Source of the DNA: Octopus bimaculoides
Lineage: Eukaryota
Length of the DNA: 64,000 nucleotides
Direction: 5' to 3'
NCBI RefSeq assembly: GCF_001194135.2
Contig: NC_068992.1
Location: 16,001,665-16,065,664 of the forward strand
A model generated the notes under the pieces. That model was not told the origin of the DNA and searched no databases. It was given only the letters and a program-made list of their open reading frames with translations. A program made the position numbers and the translations under genes. Of the stretch, positions 1-13,633 are shown piece by piece; the stretch's first letter is position 1, and each line of letters begins with the position of its first letter.

Positions 1-45
1 TTAGTAGACTGGCGCGCTAAGTAACTGAGCTATGGATCCGATACA
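1..45 (-). mobile_element. tRNA-like SINE head running off the window edge
   Basis: The reverse complement GGATCCATAGCTCAGTTACTTAGCGCGCCAGTCTACTAA has an A-box-like TAGCTCAGT. It shares AGCGCG..CTACTAA with the heads at 23138 and 36578. The B box would lie outside the window. Confidence 0.35.
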
Positions 46-59
46 TATCTCCTCCTCCC

Positions 60-440
60 ACCCTACCCACACAAAGCTCTCCATCCCCTACTCCTAATTT
101 CCCTGTCTGCACGGGCTCTGCAATGACAACCATGAGTTTGAGACTCAGTCTCAACTTATGGTTCGCTACTTTATCTTTAGTACATATCTCCTCACCACTA
201 TCAACATAGCCCTTGCTCTCTCTCTCTCTCCGCACTTGCCTCGTTCGTCTCCCGCTCCCACTCACCTACCACCCTTACAACCTGCCCCTCCAACCTACCA
301 TTCTCCGAACCATCCTGCGACTCCAGTTCGACCGCTTCACCTTGTACATTTTCCCAACCTACCCCCTCTTCAAATGAGCTCACAACCTACGTGACCTCCT
401 GGTCCACAGTTTCTTCCCTAACCCACCTCCCAGCCTGGCT
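60..440 (+). mobile_element. Possible highly decayed Penelope-like GIY-YIG C-terminus plus pyrimidine-rich 3' region
   Basis: A frameshifted reading FIF..T.SPH.INIA resembles the LIFxLGTLxPxGINI end of Penelope endonucleases. A C/T-rich tract follows. The match is weak. Confidence 0.25.
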
Positions 441-1107
441 CGTTCCTCTGCTGCTGCCCACACGGCCGCATTGCGCGTAGACTCGAAATATCCACTAGAC
501 CAGCCCTGGCGCCCTTATACAATATATAATAGAGCACACGGGTCTTAATATTCCGTGTATCGTTCAATTTTTCTAGAACGGTATTGTGCGATTTGAAGAT
601 GTGTTTGTTGTCTAGAGCTGTTCAAACGTGTCGTGATGTAGTTTGTTGAGCGGCCATGGTTGGAGAGAGAATCAATAGAATTTGAACCATTTATAAATTG
701 ATGAAGTGAGTTTAGTTACCGTAGCCTGGAATATATTTGTTATTGAAAAGTAATATTTAATTTTATTGACTTTCAACTCAAGCTTGTTCCGTCCTTGACT
801 TCTCGATGAAATGATTACATATACAAATTAAACGAAGGTATAAACAGCCAAAAACAAAAAGAGTTAATCATGATCAAAATTAGTTCCATTCAAGTGATTA
901 TGAGCAAAAATAGAACTGTGATGAACTTTAAATAAATATTTACTCTTAAAAAAAATTGTATCTCCAACTAGGTGTGACTTCTGTTTACTTTAGCCATTAA
1001 GTGTGAGAGTCGTTTTAGAACCTTTGACATTCTACTATCATGAAAAGTTAATTGATTGTTGTAACAAAAAATTGTTGATTCAATATCGAAACACATAATA
1101 GCGACTA

Positions 1108-1352
1108 ATGGCTGTGTGACAAAAAAAAAAAAAAAAGAAGCGCTCTTTGCAATAGTATAGTTGCGGATTCTATCCCACTGCGTAGCCTCTTGGAAAAGTG
1201 TCTCCTACAATAGTACTAGGCCTTGCGAGTGGATTTTACAAAGACCGATGAAATATGTATCAAGCTTTAAAAATTGCTGGGGGTTGATTCGTTGGACAAA
1301 AAATTTTCAATGCGGTGCCCTAGCATGGCTACAGTCTCATGTCTGAAACAAA
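1108..1352 (+). mobile_element. SINE family B (TGGCTGTGTGG head), internally deleted
   Basis: Head ATGGCTGTGTG..CCCACTGCGT, body CCTTGCGAGTGGATTT, tail GCGGTGCCCTAGCATGGCTACAGT..CTGAAACAA, matching the copies at 16738 and 31395. Confidence 0.7.
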
Positions 1353-1644
1353 TAAGATATAATATATAAACATACATGAGTGCGCATGCGTGCGCATGCG
1401 TGCGCACACACAGAGTTTCCGGCGCGATGCTGATCTTCAGCTATTCAAATTCAAAATGGTTGAAGATTAGCATCACGCTTGAAACTCGGAGAACAAACGA
1501 ATTTGAATCAAACTGTTCTGATCCATATATGTAACTCCCCAAAACGTGTTGAGTCCCCTTCTTTTGTTTATTCACTGACTCGTATATATGTGTGTATGTT
1601 TGTGTGCATGTGTATATATGTATATACATATGTGTGTGTGCATG

Positions 1645-1720
<76 letters not shown>

Positions 1721-2728
1721 TATGTATGCGTGTGTATGCATTTATGTATGTATGTATGTATGTATGATAGAAGGAGGTCGTACAGGATTCGAGAAAATAA
1801 AACGGGGTAATCACAGCTAGAAAGATATCTCACTTATGAGTATGATTAGTCACGACTATCGACTTGGAGAACCTATCGTTAATCAGGTCTCTTCGCAGAC
1901 ATGTACTCTGCATCTCCAGTTCGGTAGCACAGCAAGATTCTTGTATTATAGTTTTGTGTTGACCAAATTTTGTCAAGGGAATTTGGTAGACAGAATGGAT
2001 TGTGGTAGTCTGTATGTGCGTGTGTGTGCTGTGTGCAAGTGTATTGTTTAGCTATATGTACCAGAGAGAAACACAAAAAAACGTCGAAAGAACCACTAAT
2101 GTTTTGTTTCGAACAAAGTAGGTCCCTTGCAGCGATTACGTTGCACAAAAATACAGGGAACACCTTGGCTCGTCGTCAAATCGGTAATAAAGCAGTGATT
2201 GGTTCCGTAGGTCTCCGTTGTCCCCTATGATACCTGTACCTACCAGTGCTATTGTCCCTCGATTGTATCGTGAAATATAAACAATTTGAGTAAGATATTA
2301 CTGCAGTATCACTTGGAAGGATGATCAAAAAAATAATGTTTATATAATTTTGAGCATTCTTATATTCTTTTCTTCATGATATCAGTATAACTTCGTTCAG
2401 AATTATCTTTAAGTGCATTACGTCACTGCCTCCATTTGATCTGATAATTGTTTACGTGGAAGCAACAATCAGTAATATATTACTAATTTATCTGAATGAA
2501 GAATCGGGAAGTCAGTATTAAAAAGAATACGAATAAACACACACACTCATTCTCTCACTCACTCACTTACTCACTCACTCACTCACTCACTCACTCACTC
2601 ACTCACTCACTCACTCACTCACACATTACTCATCCACTCACTCACTCACAGAGACGTACATGCAACATATATACACATGAATACTCACAAACATACACAT
2701 ATACATCTTTCTATCCATATATGAATGA

Positions 2729-2760
<32 letters not shown>

Positions 2761-2911
2761 NNNNNNNNNNNNNNNNNNNNNNNNNNNNNNNNNNNNNNNN
2801 NNNNNNNNNNNNNNNNNNNNNNNNNNNNNNNNNNNNNNNNNNNNNNNNNNNNNNNNNNNNNNNNNNNNNNNNNNNNNNNNNNNNNNNNNNNNNNNNNNNN
2901 NNNNNNNNNNN

Positions 2912-2984
<73 letters not shown>

Positions 2985-3404
2985 CTGTAAATATTCATAT
3001 GTGTGTCTATGTGCATGTGTGTGTGTATGTGTGTGAGCATGTCTATGTGTGTCGCCCGCAGTCATGAGTCTTGGAGAACTGGAAGCTATTAACAACAAAT
3101 TAACAACTGTAATCAAACTAATCAATCGAACCAATTTGAAGAATGTCATTAAAGTCTTTAGGGAATACAAATTTGATGCCATTTCTTTCTAAATGTATTA
3201 AAATTGACATCTAAAACTTGACGTACATCGACTAATTAAAGACGAATATGTTACGCTGAGTCGGTAGGATATGTGATATTGAAAGGATATATATGTACAC
3301 GCACACACACACACACATATATATATATACGTATACATGCATGCATACATTATAACATTATATATATATATATATATGTGCATATATATCTGTGTGTGTA
3401 TTTG

Positions 3405-3610
3405 TGTCTGTGTTTGTCCTCCAATTACGGCTTGGCATCCAGTGTTGGTGTATATATATCCGCGTAACTTAGCGGCAAACGTAACAAATAGAATAAGTAC
3501 TAGACTTTAAAAAAAAGTACTCGGCTCAATTTGTTCGGTGCTCCAGCCTTGCCGGATTCACAGTGACTGAAAGAAGCAAAATAGTAAAAGAATAAAAGAA
3601 TATAAAATAT
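3405..3610 (+). mobile_element. SINE family B, 3' half
   Basis: GTAACTTAGCGG..GAATAAGTACTAG..GGTGCTCCAGC..TGACTGAAA..AAAGAATAAAAGAATA tail. Confidence 0.7.
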
Positions 3611-3856
3611 ATAGCTTAGGTAAAACTTAGCGTTGTTTTTTACTGGTAGTTTAGCAACTTAAGTTGATCCAGAAAATGAGTATCCGATTTTATTTTCAGC
3701 TATTTCAGTTCGTAAGACATGTCTTCGCAGTAACATGGTTTCTATTCATATCTTACTCCGCTGCATCTTGGGCAAAGAACTATGTAATCTATGCTCATGT
3801 CGACCGACGTTCGGTAAATGAAAAATAGTACTACGAGCCTGTGCGAATGTCTATAG

Positions 3857-3941
<85 letters not shown>

Positions 3942-5111
3942 CCCCGCACACACATACACACACACATACACATTCACACAGAGGCACACACGCACAGACA
4001 CACAAAGGCACACACAATATTTTGTTTTGGGAAGCTATTGATGCGTTTCATTATAATCCATTCCATACACACCAAGGCAGCCAATTTGTTGGAAACTGTA
4101 ATGGTGGATTGTGAAACTACATTGAAAATGTTACGATAAAGTCTCTAAAAGTTTTTCTATTTAAATAAGTTTATATAAGTGTTTAAGTAAACCTTAGTTA
4201 AGTTGCAAATCAATAGTTACTAATTTCAATAACACCTTTGTTCATTCCAGAATGTGACAGAGCACTCAAAAAATAGGAAACAGAGCAATAATTCTCTTTA
4301 TGTGCGTGAAAAAGTGAAGTTACGAAGCATTTGCATTTACTAAAGAGCATTAAAGAGAGGAACATGTTTAAGAAAACTGTCTGTTAATTTATATAAAAGA
4401 TTGTGAATTGTAAACGACTTTTTTAAAGGAATCGTAACGTGTTGTATATTTTCTATGCGTGCTAAAACAGTAAAAACCGAACAAACAAAGAATTCAAACA
4501 CAGAGATGTGGACGGCGTAGGGTAGATACATTATTGGCATATCTATTCCAATAATGTAGCGTGATAAAAAAAAAAAAAACAACTATTTGATAGACCTAGT
4601 CTTCTATTATAATCCTATTCACATCAAGGAGGTTTCCATTGTTATTTTAAAATAATTACTTCAAGAGGGATTATAAAGTAATTTACTTCAGAAAAATAAG
4701 TTATAGAGATAGGTGAAAGAGTATTACATAAAACAAAATATAACGACGAACGAAAACAGAAAAAAAAAGAAAAAAAAAGTAATTAAAAATTTATGCATGT
4801 AATGGGAAAACAAAAATATATTTTTTCAAAATAATTACACAGTAAACAAGAGAAGCTAACACACACACACACACACACCTATACATATTTAAAAAACGAT
4901 GGCATGCCATATATAATTTACGTTTATATGCATTTGGTTAACGTTTTACTATAATTTGTTTTATTTTTGCGAACGATTTATTTAATTTTTTCATTTATTA
5001 TAGTTTTTATTTCCTTTTATTTTTTAAAGTTTATGTTTTCAAGTATAGACTGTAATTTTCTGCTGTGGATTATGCATAGTAAATAACAATGAATAGCACT
5101 GCAATTATCGT

Positions 5112-5165
<54 letters not shown>

Positions 5166-5689
5166 CTCTCTCTCTGTCTGTCTCTATGTCAGTATACCAG
5201 TGTGTGTTAAGTGTGAAGGTAAATGATGTTTATATAGCTTAAAATTCTTTGACATAAACGGCGACTGTGGTATAGAAAATATTCAACATAATGTTTCATT
5301 GGTTGGGAAAAGTACAGGAACTGCCCAAATGTCTAGGCAAAAAAAAAAAAAAAAATCTATCAGGAACTCTCTTGGAGGTTCTTGTTGCCCTCTGCCGTCA
5401 AACCTTGATATTAGCTATAAAAAAAAAAGGAGGATGCAGTTTTGCTTGCCTCACTTCCGGTTATCGTCTGATAGTCTGAGATAGTCTGTACTTTCACCGC
5501 TTGCCGTTATACATGTTGTATGCTCTGTCTGAAGATGTTCGTTTTCATAACTCTGCGAAGACGACACTGAAGTAAATTTTATTCCTACGATTGCGCCTTT
5601 ATTCCGGGTCTACTAATCTGACGGGTTTTCTCAATGGTAGGTCTACTGTATAAAGGACCGAGCTACACTCTCAATATCCACACTCACTC

Positions 5690-5975
5690 ATGCAATCAAG
5701 TTATCGTGGGTAATCACATCACGCGTGAAGTAATCATGTGTCGAAAATGTGAAAAGGCAGAAAGCCAAATTTTAAGTTCAGTACCAGAATTTCAGTTCCT
5801 TGGAATCGTATTTCCTTGTTTGCTTTCTTAACATGGGCAGAATCATCAGGAATGCATTAGGGACCTGAAGAGAACAAATAACACGGAACATTAGGCTGCA
5901 GGGAGCAAGGCTGCTACTCAAGCAAGACTCTATGTGTTCCAGCAAACATAAGTTAAAATAATAATAATGATAATA
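5690..5975 (+). mobile_element. 3' end of an R4/Dong-like RLE LINE (decayed), with UTR and TAA tail
   Basis: Reads CLL..NMGRIIRNALGT* (compare LLGTARILRKVL*), then a short UTR and AATAATAATAATG. Confidence 0.4.
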
Positions 5976-6079
5976 AAAATACCAACAACAATATTAATAA
6001 TAATAATTCTCGTCATAATCATCATCATCATCATTATCGTCGTCATCATCATCGTCGTCGTCATCGTCATCGTCGTCAA

Positions 6080-6155
<76 letters not shown>

Positions 6156-6200
6156 GTCGTCATCATCATCACCATCATCACCATCATCATCACCACCATC
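5976..6200. repeat. Compound (TAA)/(CAT)/(CGT) trinucleotide microsatellite
   Basis: Directly visible; it explains the poly-M and poly-I ORFs. Confidence 0.95.
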
Positions 6201-6324
6201 GTTGTTATTATGGCGGTGAAAAGATGGAATCGAGAAGATGCTTAAAACATTTCTTCCGGGTTTCTACGCTCTGAGCGTTATTACCTCTAAATTCAACGTT
6301 TACCTTCCGTCCATTGGGGGTCGA

Positions 6325-6626
6325 TAACATCTTTTTTCTGTTGTTATTCCATAGTGTTGGCATAGCTTCCAGTGTATATAGGTCCCAGCTCTGTCGTGTC
6401 TATGAATATATTCCTTTTTAGCCAGGACTGGGCAGCCAGAAATAATATGGTTTATTGTTTCTTGTCCATCGCCACATATTCTGCAGTTACTTGTTATGTT
6501 TCTTTTCATTATACGTTTTTGGTAATTTCTGGTGGGGAGGCTTTGGTCTTTTGCAGCAATTAAAAATCCTTCAGTCTCAGCTTTGGGTCCTGAGCTTCTC
6601 AACCATTGTTGGGATTTTTCTCTGTC
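6325..6626 (-). mobile_element. R4/Dong-type RLE non-LTR retrotransposon fragment (CCHC zinc-knuckle region)
   Basis: Stop-free WLRSSGPKAETEGFLIAAKDQSLPTRNY..CRICGDGQETINHIISGCPVLAKKEYIHRHD..IHWKLC. Its 5' end abuts (TAA)n. Confidence 0.88.
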
Positions 6627-6641
6627 TAATTATTATTATTA

Positions 6642-6678
<37 letters not shown>

Positions 6679-6710
6679 CAACGCCATCATCATTTGTATT
6701 ATTATTATTA

Positions 6711-6908
6711 ACGCGGTGAGCTGGCAAAATTGTTAGCTCAGACAAAAATGCTAAGCGGCATTTCGTCCGTCTTTACGTTCTGAGTTCAAATCCCGCCAAC
6801 GTCGAATATGCATTTCATCCTTTCGGGATCGATAAAATAAGTACCAGTCATGTAATTGACTTACTCCATCTCTCCAAACCTGCAAACTTGGTGCCAAAAT
6901 TTGAAGAC
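6711..6908 (+). mobile_element. SINE family A (GAGCTGGCAGAA head)
   Basis: GCGGTGAGCTGGCA..CATTTCGTCCGTCTTTACGTTCTGAGTTCAAAT (B box)..GTGCCAAAATTTGAA, followed by a (CTA)n tail. Confidence 0.85.
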
Positions 6909-7674
6909 ACTACTACTACTACTACTACTACTACTATAAATGAGTGAACTGTTAAGATTTTCAGCGTAAAATGACACTAACAAAGAGCGGATTTAAAAGT
7001 TTCCATTTGAACAGTCATTATTCAGATGGAAATCCCATTCTTCGACAATCTAATGACTTTTCTGGCGTCTTTCTCATTTCTTTAAGCAGATTTTGTGTCG
7101 CGTTTTGAAGATTGTAACAAGAAGGAAACGATAAGAAATTTAATTACTAAAAACTTTTTATGTTTAAAATCAATAAGAAGAGATTGTCTCGATTTTGATT
7201 TTATTGTTTTAAGGAAGAAATCATGAAAATTATTGACAAGGAAAAAAACGAGATTCATAAAATGCAAAATCAAAAAAGAATGTGCAATAAATTGTTTGAA
7301 AATTGGATATAATTTTTAAAAATCTTAGAAACTTTATGGTTTTCTGTATGAATATATATGTGAACGTATTTGAAAAAAGAGGGTCTAACGATGTACATAC
7401 ATACATACATACAGACGTAAAATGCACATGTACAAACCCGTGTATGTATCTAAGAGAGTGTGCCAGTTTCTGGGCATGTGCATAAATTCTTAAAATTGGT
7501 AAAGAGGAAGTGTTTGTCTCCGACCTCCATTTGAATAAGTATACCTCTCAATTCATCTCCCTTTCCCTCTATATTGATACTTTTTACGCACGTATGAAAG
7601 TGTTCATACACACACAATCACACGTACACACGTACACATATATATATATATATGGGTATATATATATAGATATG

Positions 7675-7742
<68 letters not shown>

Positions 7743-7971
7743 NNNNNNNNNNACACACACACTCACACACACACACATACACACATATATATATATAAAA
7801 TTATAATTTAGGGTATCTAAGAGATATCACCACGCTGGGAGTAGCAGTCAAAGCTTGACTCTAATCATCACAATAAATGTTCATATAGCACCAGGAGACC
7901 TTTAATTATAATTTTAAATAATTATTCCCTTTCATGCTTTTTATTCCCATGCTGGCCACTTGATAAAATCG

Positions 7972-8370
7972 TCCGGCTTTACGTTCTGAGTACAAATTCT
8001 GCCGAGGTCGACATTACCTTTCATGATTTCGGGGTCAATAAATTAAGTACCAGTTACGTACTGAGGTCCCGATAAGGGACTCCCCTCTCTGCCAAAATTG
8101 ATTCCTTGTGGTAAAAATCGAAACCTTTATTGTTATTATCATCATTAAAGTGACGAGTTGTCAGAATTGTTAGCGCACCGTGTGAAATGCTTAGCGGTAT
8201 TTCGTCTGCCACTACGATCTGATTTCAAATTCCGCCGAGATCGACTTTACCTTTTATCCTTTCGGGTTCGATAAAATAAGTACCAGTTACGTGCTAGGGT
8301 CGATGTAATCGACTTATCCTTGTCTCCCTAAATTTCAGGACTTGTACCTATCCTGCAAAGGATTTTTATT
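7972..8370 (+). mobile_element. Two tandem SINE family A copies (7972-8130 5'-truncated; 8147-8370)
   Basis: Both carry the GTCGAC..CCTTT..CGGG.TC.ATAAA.TAAGTACCAGTTACGT body. Confidence 0.8.
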
Positions 8371-9020
8371 ATTATTATCATTTGAGAGAACAAGAATCTC
8401 TTAGATAAAAAACGATTGGCAGTAATGAAAAATATAAACATTGAAATCGTTGAAAGTATGTTAAATACTGGATAATGGTGGAAGCAAGCATAAGCTATAC
8501 AATGAATAAAGAGGTCCTATTAGAAATTTAAAGTGAAAATAAACTTGTATACGCCATATAAATCAGAGTAAATATTAACAATTACTATAAGAGCGAATGA
8601 TGCAAAGAGCATGCACAGAATACGTAAAGATATAAAACATAAATAGATGAGTTTACTAGAAGGGTGGGGGTCATAATTGTGTAAGTGAAAAGTGGAGTAG
8701 ATGCAAAAATGAGCGAAAGACGAAAACAAGTAAAAACGACTATTGTACGGATATAAACATTGATAGGCAGCGATTAGAAAGGGTACAATAGATACAGAAA
8801 TTAGACAGATGCAGGTTAAAATAATTGCATGCAACGGGTAGCTGTAACAGAAGAGATGCAATGATTAGAAAGCGTAAAACTGGCAGAGAAATTGTGAAAT
8901 TTGGTAACTAAAGAATTAGATTCATAAAAAAGGGTTAAGCTCCCAACTAAAAGAGAGGAAATGGCGACTGAGATAATACGAACAAAATACAACACTGAAA
9001 CATGCGATGATGTCGAAATA

Positions 9021-9088
<68 letters not shown>

Positions 9089-9239
9089 NNNNNNNNNNNN
9101 NNNNNNNNNNNNNNNNNNNNNNNNNNNNNNNNNNNNNNNNNNNNNNNNNNNNNNNNNNNNNNNNNNNNNNNNNNNNNNNNNNNNNNNNNNNNNNNNNNNN
9201 NNNNNNNNNNNNNNNNNNNNNNNNNNNNNNNNNNNNNNN

Positions 9240-9283
<44 letters not shown>

Positions 9284-10399
9284 TGCATATGTATGTCGGT
9301 ATATATGTATAGAGACCTGAAATCTAATTAACAGGAGAATTACAAAAATAAACAAAAAAACCAAAATAAAAGCATTAAACCTATTCTTGTCGGGTTCCCA
9401 ACAAGTATGTCATCCATGTTTCTTGCAATGAACATAGCAACAAGGCTGAATCTTTCCAAAGTACATTATCAGGGAAGTAGAGCGATTAATCAACATAGCG
9501 GATTGCCTCCATATTGGATTTTGATGACGTCAGGGTTAAAGATACAGACTTACTACTGTCTTTACTCCTTAAGATGCGAATTTTCCATGTATCAAGAACC
9601 TGATAAGATAGTGCTTGTAAATGTGAACTGATATATGTAAAGCTTTTTTCTCCCTGCAGTATTAATTAAACAAGAAGTGCTGATATTTTTTTTTAATTAT
9701 TAATACTGCGTGATAAGCCTAAGAATATTTTGTTCACACATAGTATATCGTACCATCAACAATGTTTGTCTTACTAGGTCATAAACGTGACGAAATCTTT
9801 TTAGTTATCTAAAGTGCATACTTGTGTATATGTCTAAACATACATTCATGCATACATACATCCATATACATATGGATCACTACTCACTCGACTAGTTACT
9901 ATCTCTCTATCCTGTATTTTATTATTACTATTTCTCTTCTTCTCCCCATCCCTCATCTTCTCCGACATCTTCTTCTTCCTTTCCACCACCTCCTCCCTTA
10001 TTTTATTACTACTGCAATACAGATCACTACGACCATCAACAGGTCAATGTAAGGACACTCAACCATTTAACACGCTGCTACTATCATAGCACTCCTTCTT
10101 CGAACCCAAGAGAGTTAACGAGTGAAACAGAGACAGGTAGAAACAAGAAAAATGCCCCTGTTATTTGAATACTATACAAATATGTCTTTAAAAATACTTT
10201 TCTTTTAAATTTACCAAAATTTTATTTTTCAATAATTTTTCAAAAATTTATTATTCATATTTACTGTTGAAAAGATTTCAAGGATCGAAACCATTTCAGA
10301 GTCACTGGCTGAATCGGAATCATCAGCATATTAGAGTTCCGTAATGATTGAAGTAAAACCCTTTGTCTTGAATTTCAGTCTATACAGATTAATTATATT

Positions 10400-10480
10400 C
10401 TCTGTTGTTCGACTTATTCTTTGTAAGCCTAGTACTTATTCTATCGGCTCTTTCGCCGAACCGCTAAGTTACGGGGACAT

Positions 10481-10482
<2 letters not shown>
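10400..10482 (-). mobile_element. SINE family B fragment
   Basis: AGTACTTATTCTATCGGCTCTTTCGCCGAACCGCTAAGTTACGGGGAC is the reverse complement of the family B 3' body. Confidence 0.8.
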
Positions 10483-10571
<89 letters not shown>

Positions 10572-10849
10572 CATATGTATATATGCGTATGTGTATGTGT
10601 TTGTGTGTGCGTTTATGTGTGCGTGATCGGGCGCGCGCGTGTGTGTTATGCGTGTGTTGATCTGAACATATATATATAGGCGTTGAAGCATGGAAATCAT
10701 TCAATGTGACTGCATATCTTGACTTAAGTATATATTTATACACGTATGTTTATTCTCTCAACAACTGTATCTATGATTTCTGCAGGCTAAACATCTGGCT
10801 CGCTTGAAACAGACTAATTGATAGTTTGTAATTGCAATTTCTTAATTAG

Positions 10850-11700
10850 TAAGTTCTTCCCAATTATGCAAACCCTCACTTTCAGGACTGTTACTAAGGC
10901 ATTTAGTTAAATTCCTAAACTCTGTAATAATTACAGATATAAATCATAACAAAAGACCAGGTGGACTATTCACAAAAGACCTTTACTTTGATAAAGTGGT
11001 TATTTTTATGCATTTGACTTTTTTTATGTATTTGACTTAACTTTAACATGTTAACAACTGTTGAGCGACTGACTTCGTCATTCTGTGTTTAGGTTTAGTT
11101 TCTGCAAAGGGATTTGCGGGACGTGATCAAATGTTGTCATGGAAAAGAATTGTCTCTTTTTCCATTGGCTAATGATGGATGTAAACATTGCATTTATAAG
11201 CATACTTTGGCGATTACTTCACACAAATTTCCGATTATTTCGCTAGCATTCAAGAAATATTTATTGATGATTTCACTTACTGGCAACCAAACATTTACCG
11301 ACATTTTTAGATGCAACTGCGGTTTGATAAAGTGTTCAGGTACTTCACCCTAGTACACCCACGGCGTAGATTGTCGTTAACTGATCTGAAGAATCCATTT
11401 TCATTCCTTGTCACAACGCGATCAAGGGAGATATTGCATCATTGCACAAGCGAACCGCAGAACAAACTTCCTAATGTCATTTTTTTAAAAAACAATTATT
11501 CTTTTTCTGATTAAGTGATTTCCATGTTTGGAGATACTTCAAATTTCCAAGGTGGTGCGAACGAAGAACAACTATTAAAATTGTTTATTTCTTCTGTAAG
11601 CTCGTGAATGATTTTGTATGCATCTGTTTTAATTCACTTGATAAACTATACACTCGTTGACAGTTCCTTCGCAAAATACTTGACTGCAATAGAAAGCAGT
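10850..11700 (-). pseudogene. Decayed mariner (Tc1/mariner) transposase
   Basis: Frameshifted translation gives LKTDAYKIIHELTEEIN (HTH), LDRVVTRNE (compare LDRIVTCDEKW), PQLHLKMSVNVW..FLNASEII (compare PKLHQKKVMVTVW..FLNPGETIT) and ILFHDN (compare ILLHDNARPH). There are many stops. Confidence 0.7.
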
Positions 11701-11999
11701 GAAGTCAATTTTCATTTCACTTTGACCTTATTTAATAAAACGTCTTGTTCGAATTGTTTTATTACACATTTTACTTCATAGTTTAAAAATAAATACAAAT
11801 AATCAAATGAAAGCAAAGCTATTAGCATAAATAAATAGAGATCGGAGATTCAGAATACTAAATTACATGAAGATAATTAATTAAAAATTTGTTTCCAATC
11901 AAGCATCCACGAGTAAAATACTAGAAATTGCAATTTAGTTTTGAAATAGCGTCATGTGTATATCTGTATCGGTGCATGTATGTACGTATGCATCCATGC

Positions 12000-12040
<41 letters not shown>

Positions 12041-12099
12041 CATATATATATATACATGCATATTTGCATACATACATACATCTAATAACTACCAAGCGT

Positions 12100-12400
12100 T
12101 GTTGTACATTCATTGACCAAGTTTGCATACATAAGGCTGATAACATCATAAGATTAGGAAAGCAGCTCCTTGAGCAACACTCTTTGTCTCATATCCTAGA
12201 ATACATGCAACGTATCATCAGAAGAAAGGATGAGCCTATATGAACAGAAGACCATACATGGACATGTCTGTAGAAAGCTCCGTGATGATAGTAACATAGA
12301 TCATCAAACCAGTCTATCATGGACCCATAGCCGGATTACTTCCTACCACTTTGATGGGTATGCGTTTGCAATCTAGGGACAGGAAATATCAACCAAGTAC

Positions 12401-12403
<3 letters not shown>
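12100..12403 (+). mobile_element. RLE LINE fragment (post-RT region, decayed)
   Basis: KTIHGHVCRKLRDDSNIDHQTSLSW..FDGYAFAI*GQEISTKYL resembles KxLHG..W..EGFLxAxQDQ. Confidence 0.55.
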
Positions 12404-12434
<31 letters not shown>

Positions 12435-13411
12435 NNNNNNNNNNNNNNNNNNNNNNNNNNNNNNNNNNNNNNNNNNNNNNNNNNNNNNNNNNNNNNNNNN
12501 NNNNNNNNNNNNNNNNNNNNNNNNNNNNNNNNNNNNNNNNNNNNNNNNNNNNNNNNNNNNNNNNNNNNNNNNNNNNNNNNNNNNNNNNNNNNNNNNNNNN
12601 NNNNNNNNNNNNNNNNNNNNNNNNNNNNNNNNNNNNNNNNNNNNNNNNNNNNNNNNNNNNNNNNNNNNNNNNNNNNNNNNNNNNNNNNNNNNNNNNNNNN
12701 NNNNNNNNNNNNNNNNNNNNNNNNNNNNNNNNNNNNNNNNNNNNNNNNNNNNNNNNNNNNNNNNNNNNNNNNNNNNNNNNNNNNNNNNNNNNNNNNNNNN
12801 NNNNNNNNNNNNNNNNNNNNNNNNNNNNNNNNNNNNNNNNNNNNNNNNNNNNNNNNNNNNNNNNNNNNNNNNNNNNNNNNNNNNNNNNNNNNNNNNNNNN
12901 NNNNNNNNNNNNNNNNNNNNNNNNNNNNNNNNNNNNNNNNNNNNNNNNNNNNNNNNNNNNNNNNNNNNNNNNNNNNNNNNNNNNNNNNNNNNNNNNNNNN
13001 NNNNNNNNNNNNNNNNNNNNNNNNNNNNNNNNNNNNNNNNNNNNNNNNNNNNNNNNNNNNNNNNNNNNNNNNNNNNNNNNNNNNNNNNNNNNNNNNNNNN
13101 NNNNNNNNNNNNNNNNNNNNNNNNNNNNNNNNNNNNNNNNNNNNNNNNNNNNNNNNNNNNNNNNNNNNNNNNNNTATATATATATATATTTATATATATA
13201 TATATGTATATACATTCACATATATATTTATGTAATATTGTTGTGGCCTTGTTAAACCTCCAATAAAGCACGTCTATCCACCAATGTGGTGCTGAGCACT
13301 CATTCTCGCTGATTGATGTTATATAGATAGACAGATACATACATACATGCATATATATATGCATACATATGTGTATATGTATATATGCTATTTATATACA
13401 TATATACATGC

Positions 13412-13484
<73 letters not shown>

Positions 13485-13594
13485 TACATACGTACATATA
13501 TATATGCATATATATATTTGATGCACATGTATGTATGTACTCATATAAGTGCATGTTCATATTTCATTAAATGATATACACATATATATATAGA

Positions 13595-13633
<39 letters not shown>

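Noticed and set aside
5440-5620. CACTTCCGGTT ETS-like motif in a slightly CpG-richer patch
   Set aside because: A single short motif with no linked exon is not enough to call a promoter.
9554-9599. Minus-strand 46-nt candidate exon (VLDTWKIRILRSKDS, ..ATCAG|..|GTAAGT)
   Set aside because: It is too short, has no recognisable peptide and cannot be linked to other exons.
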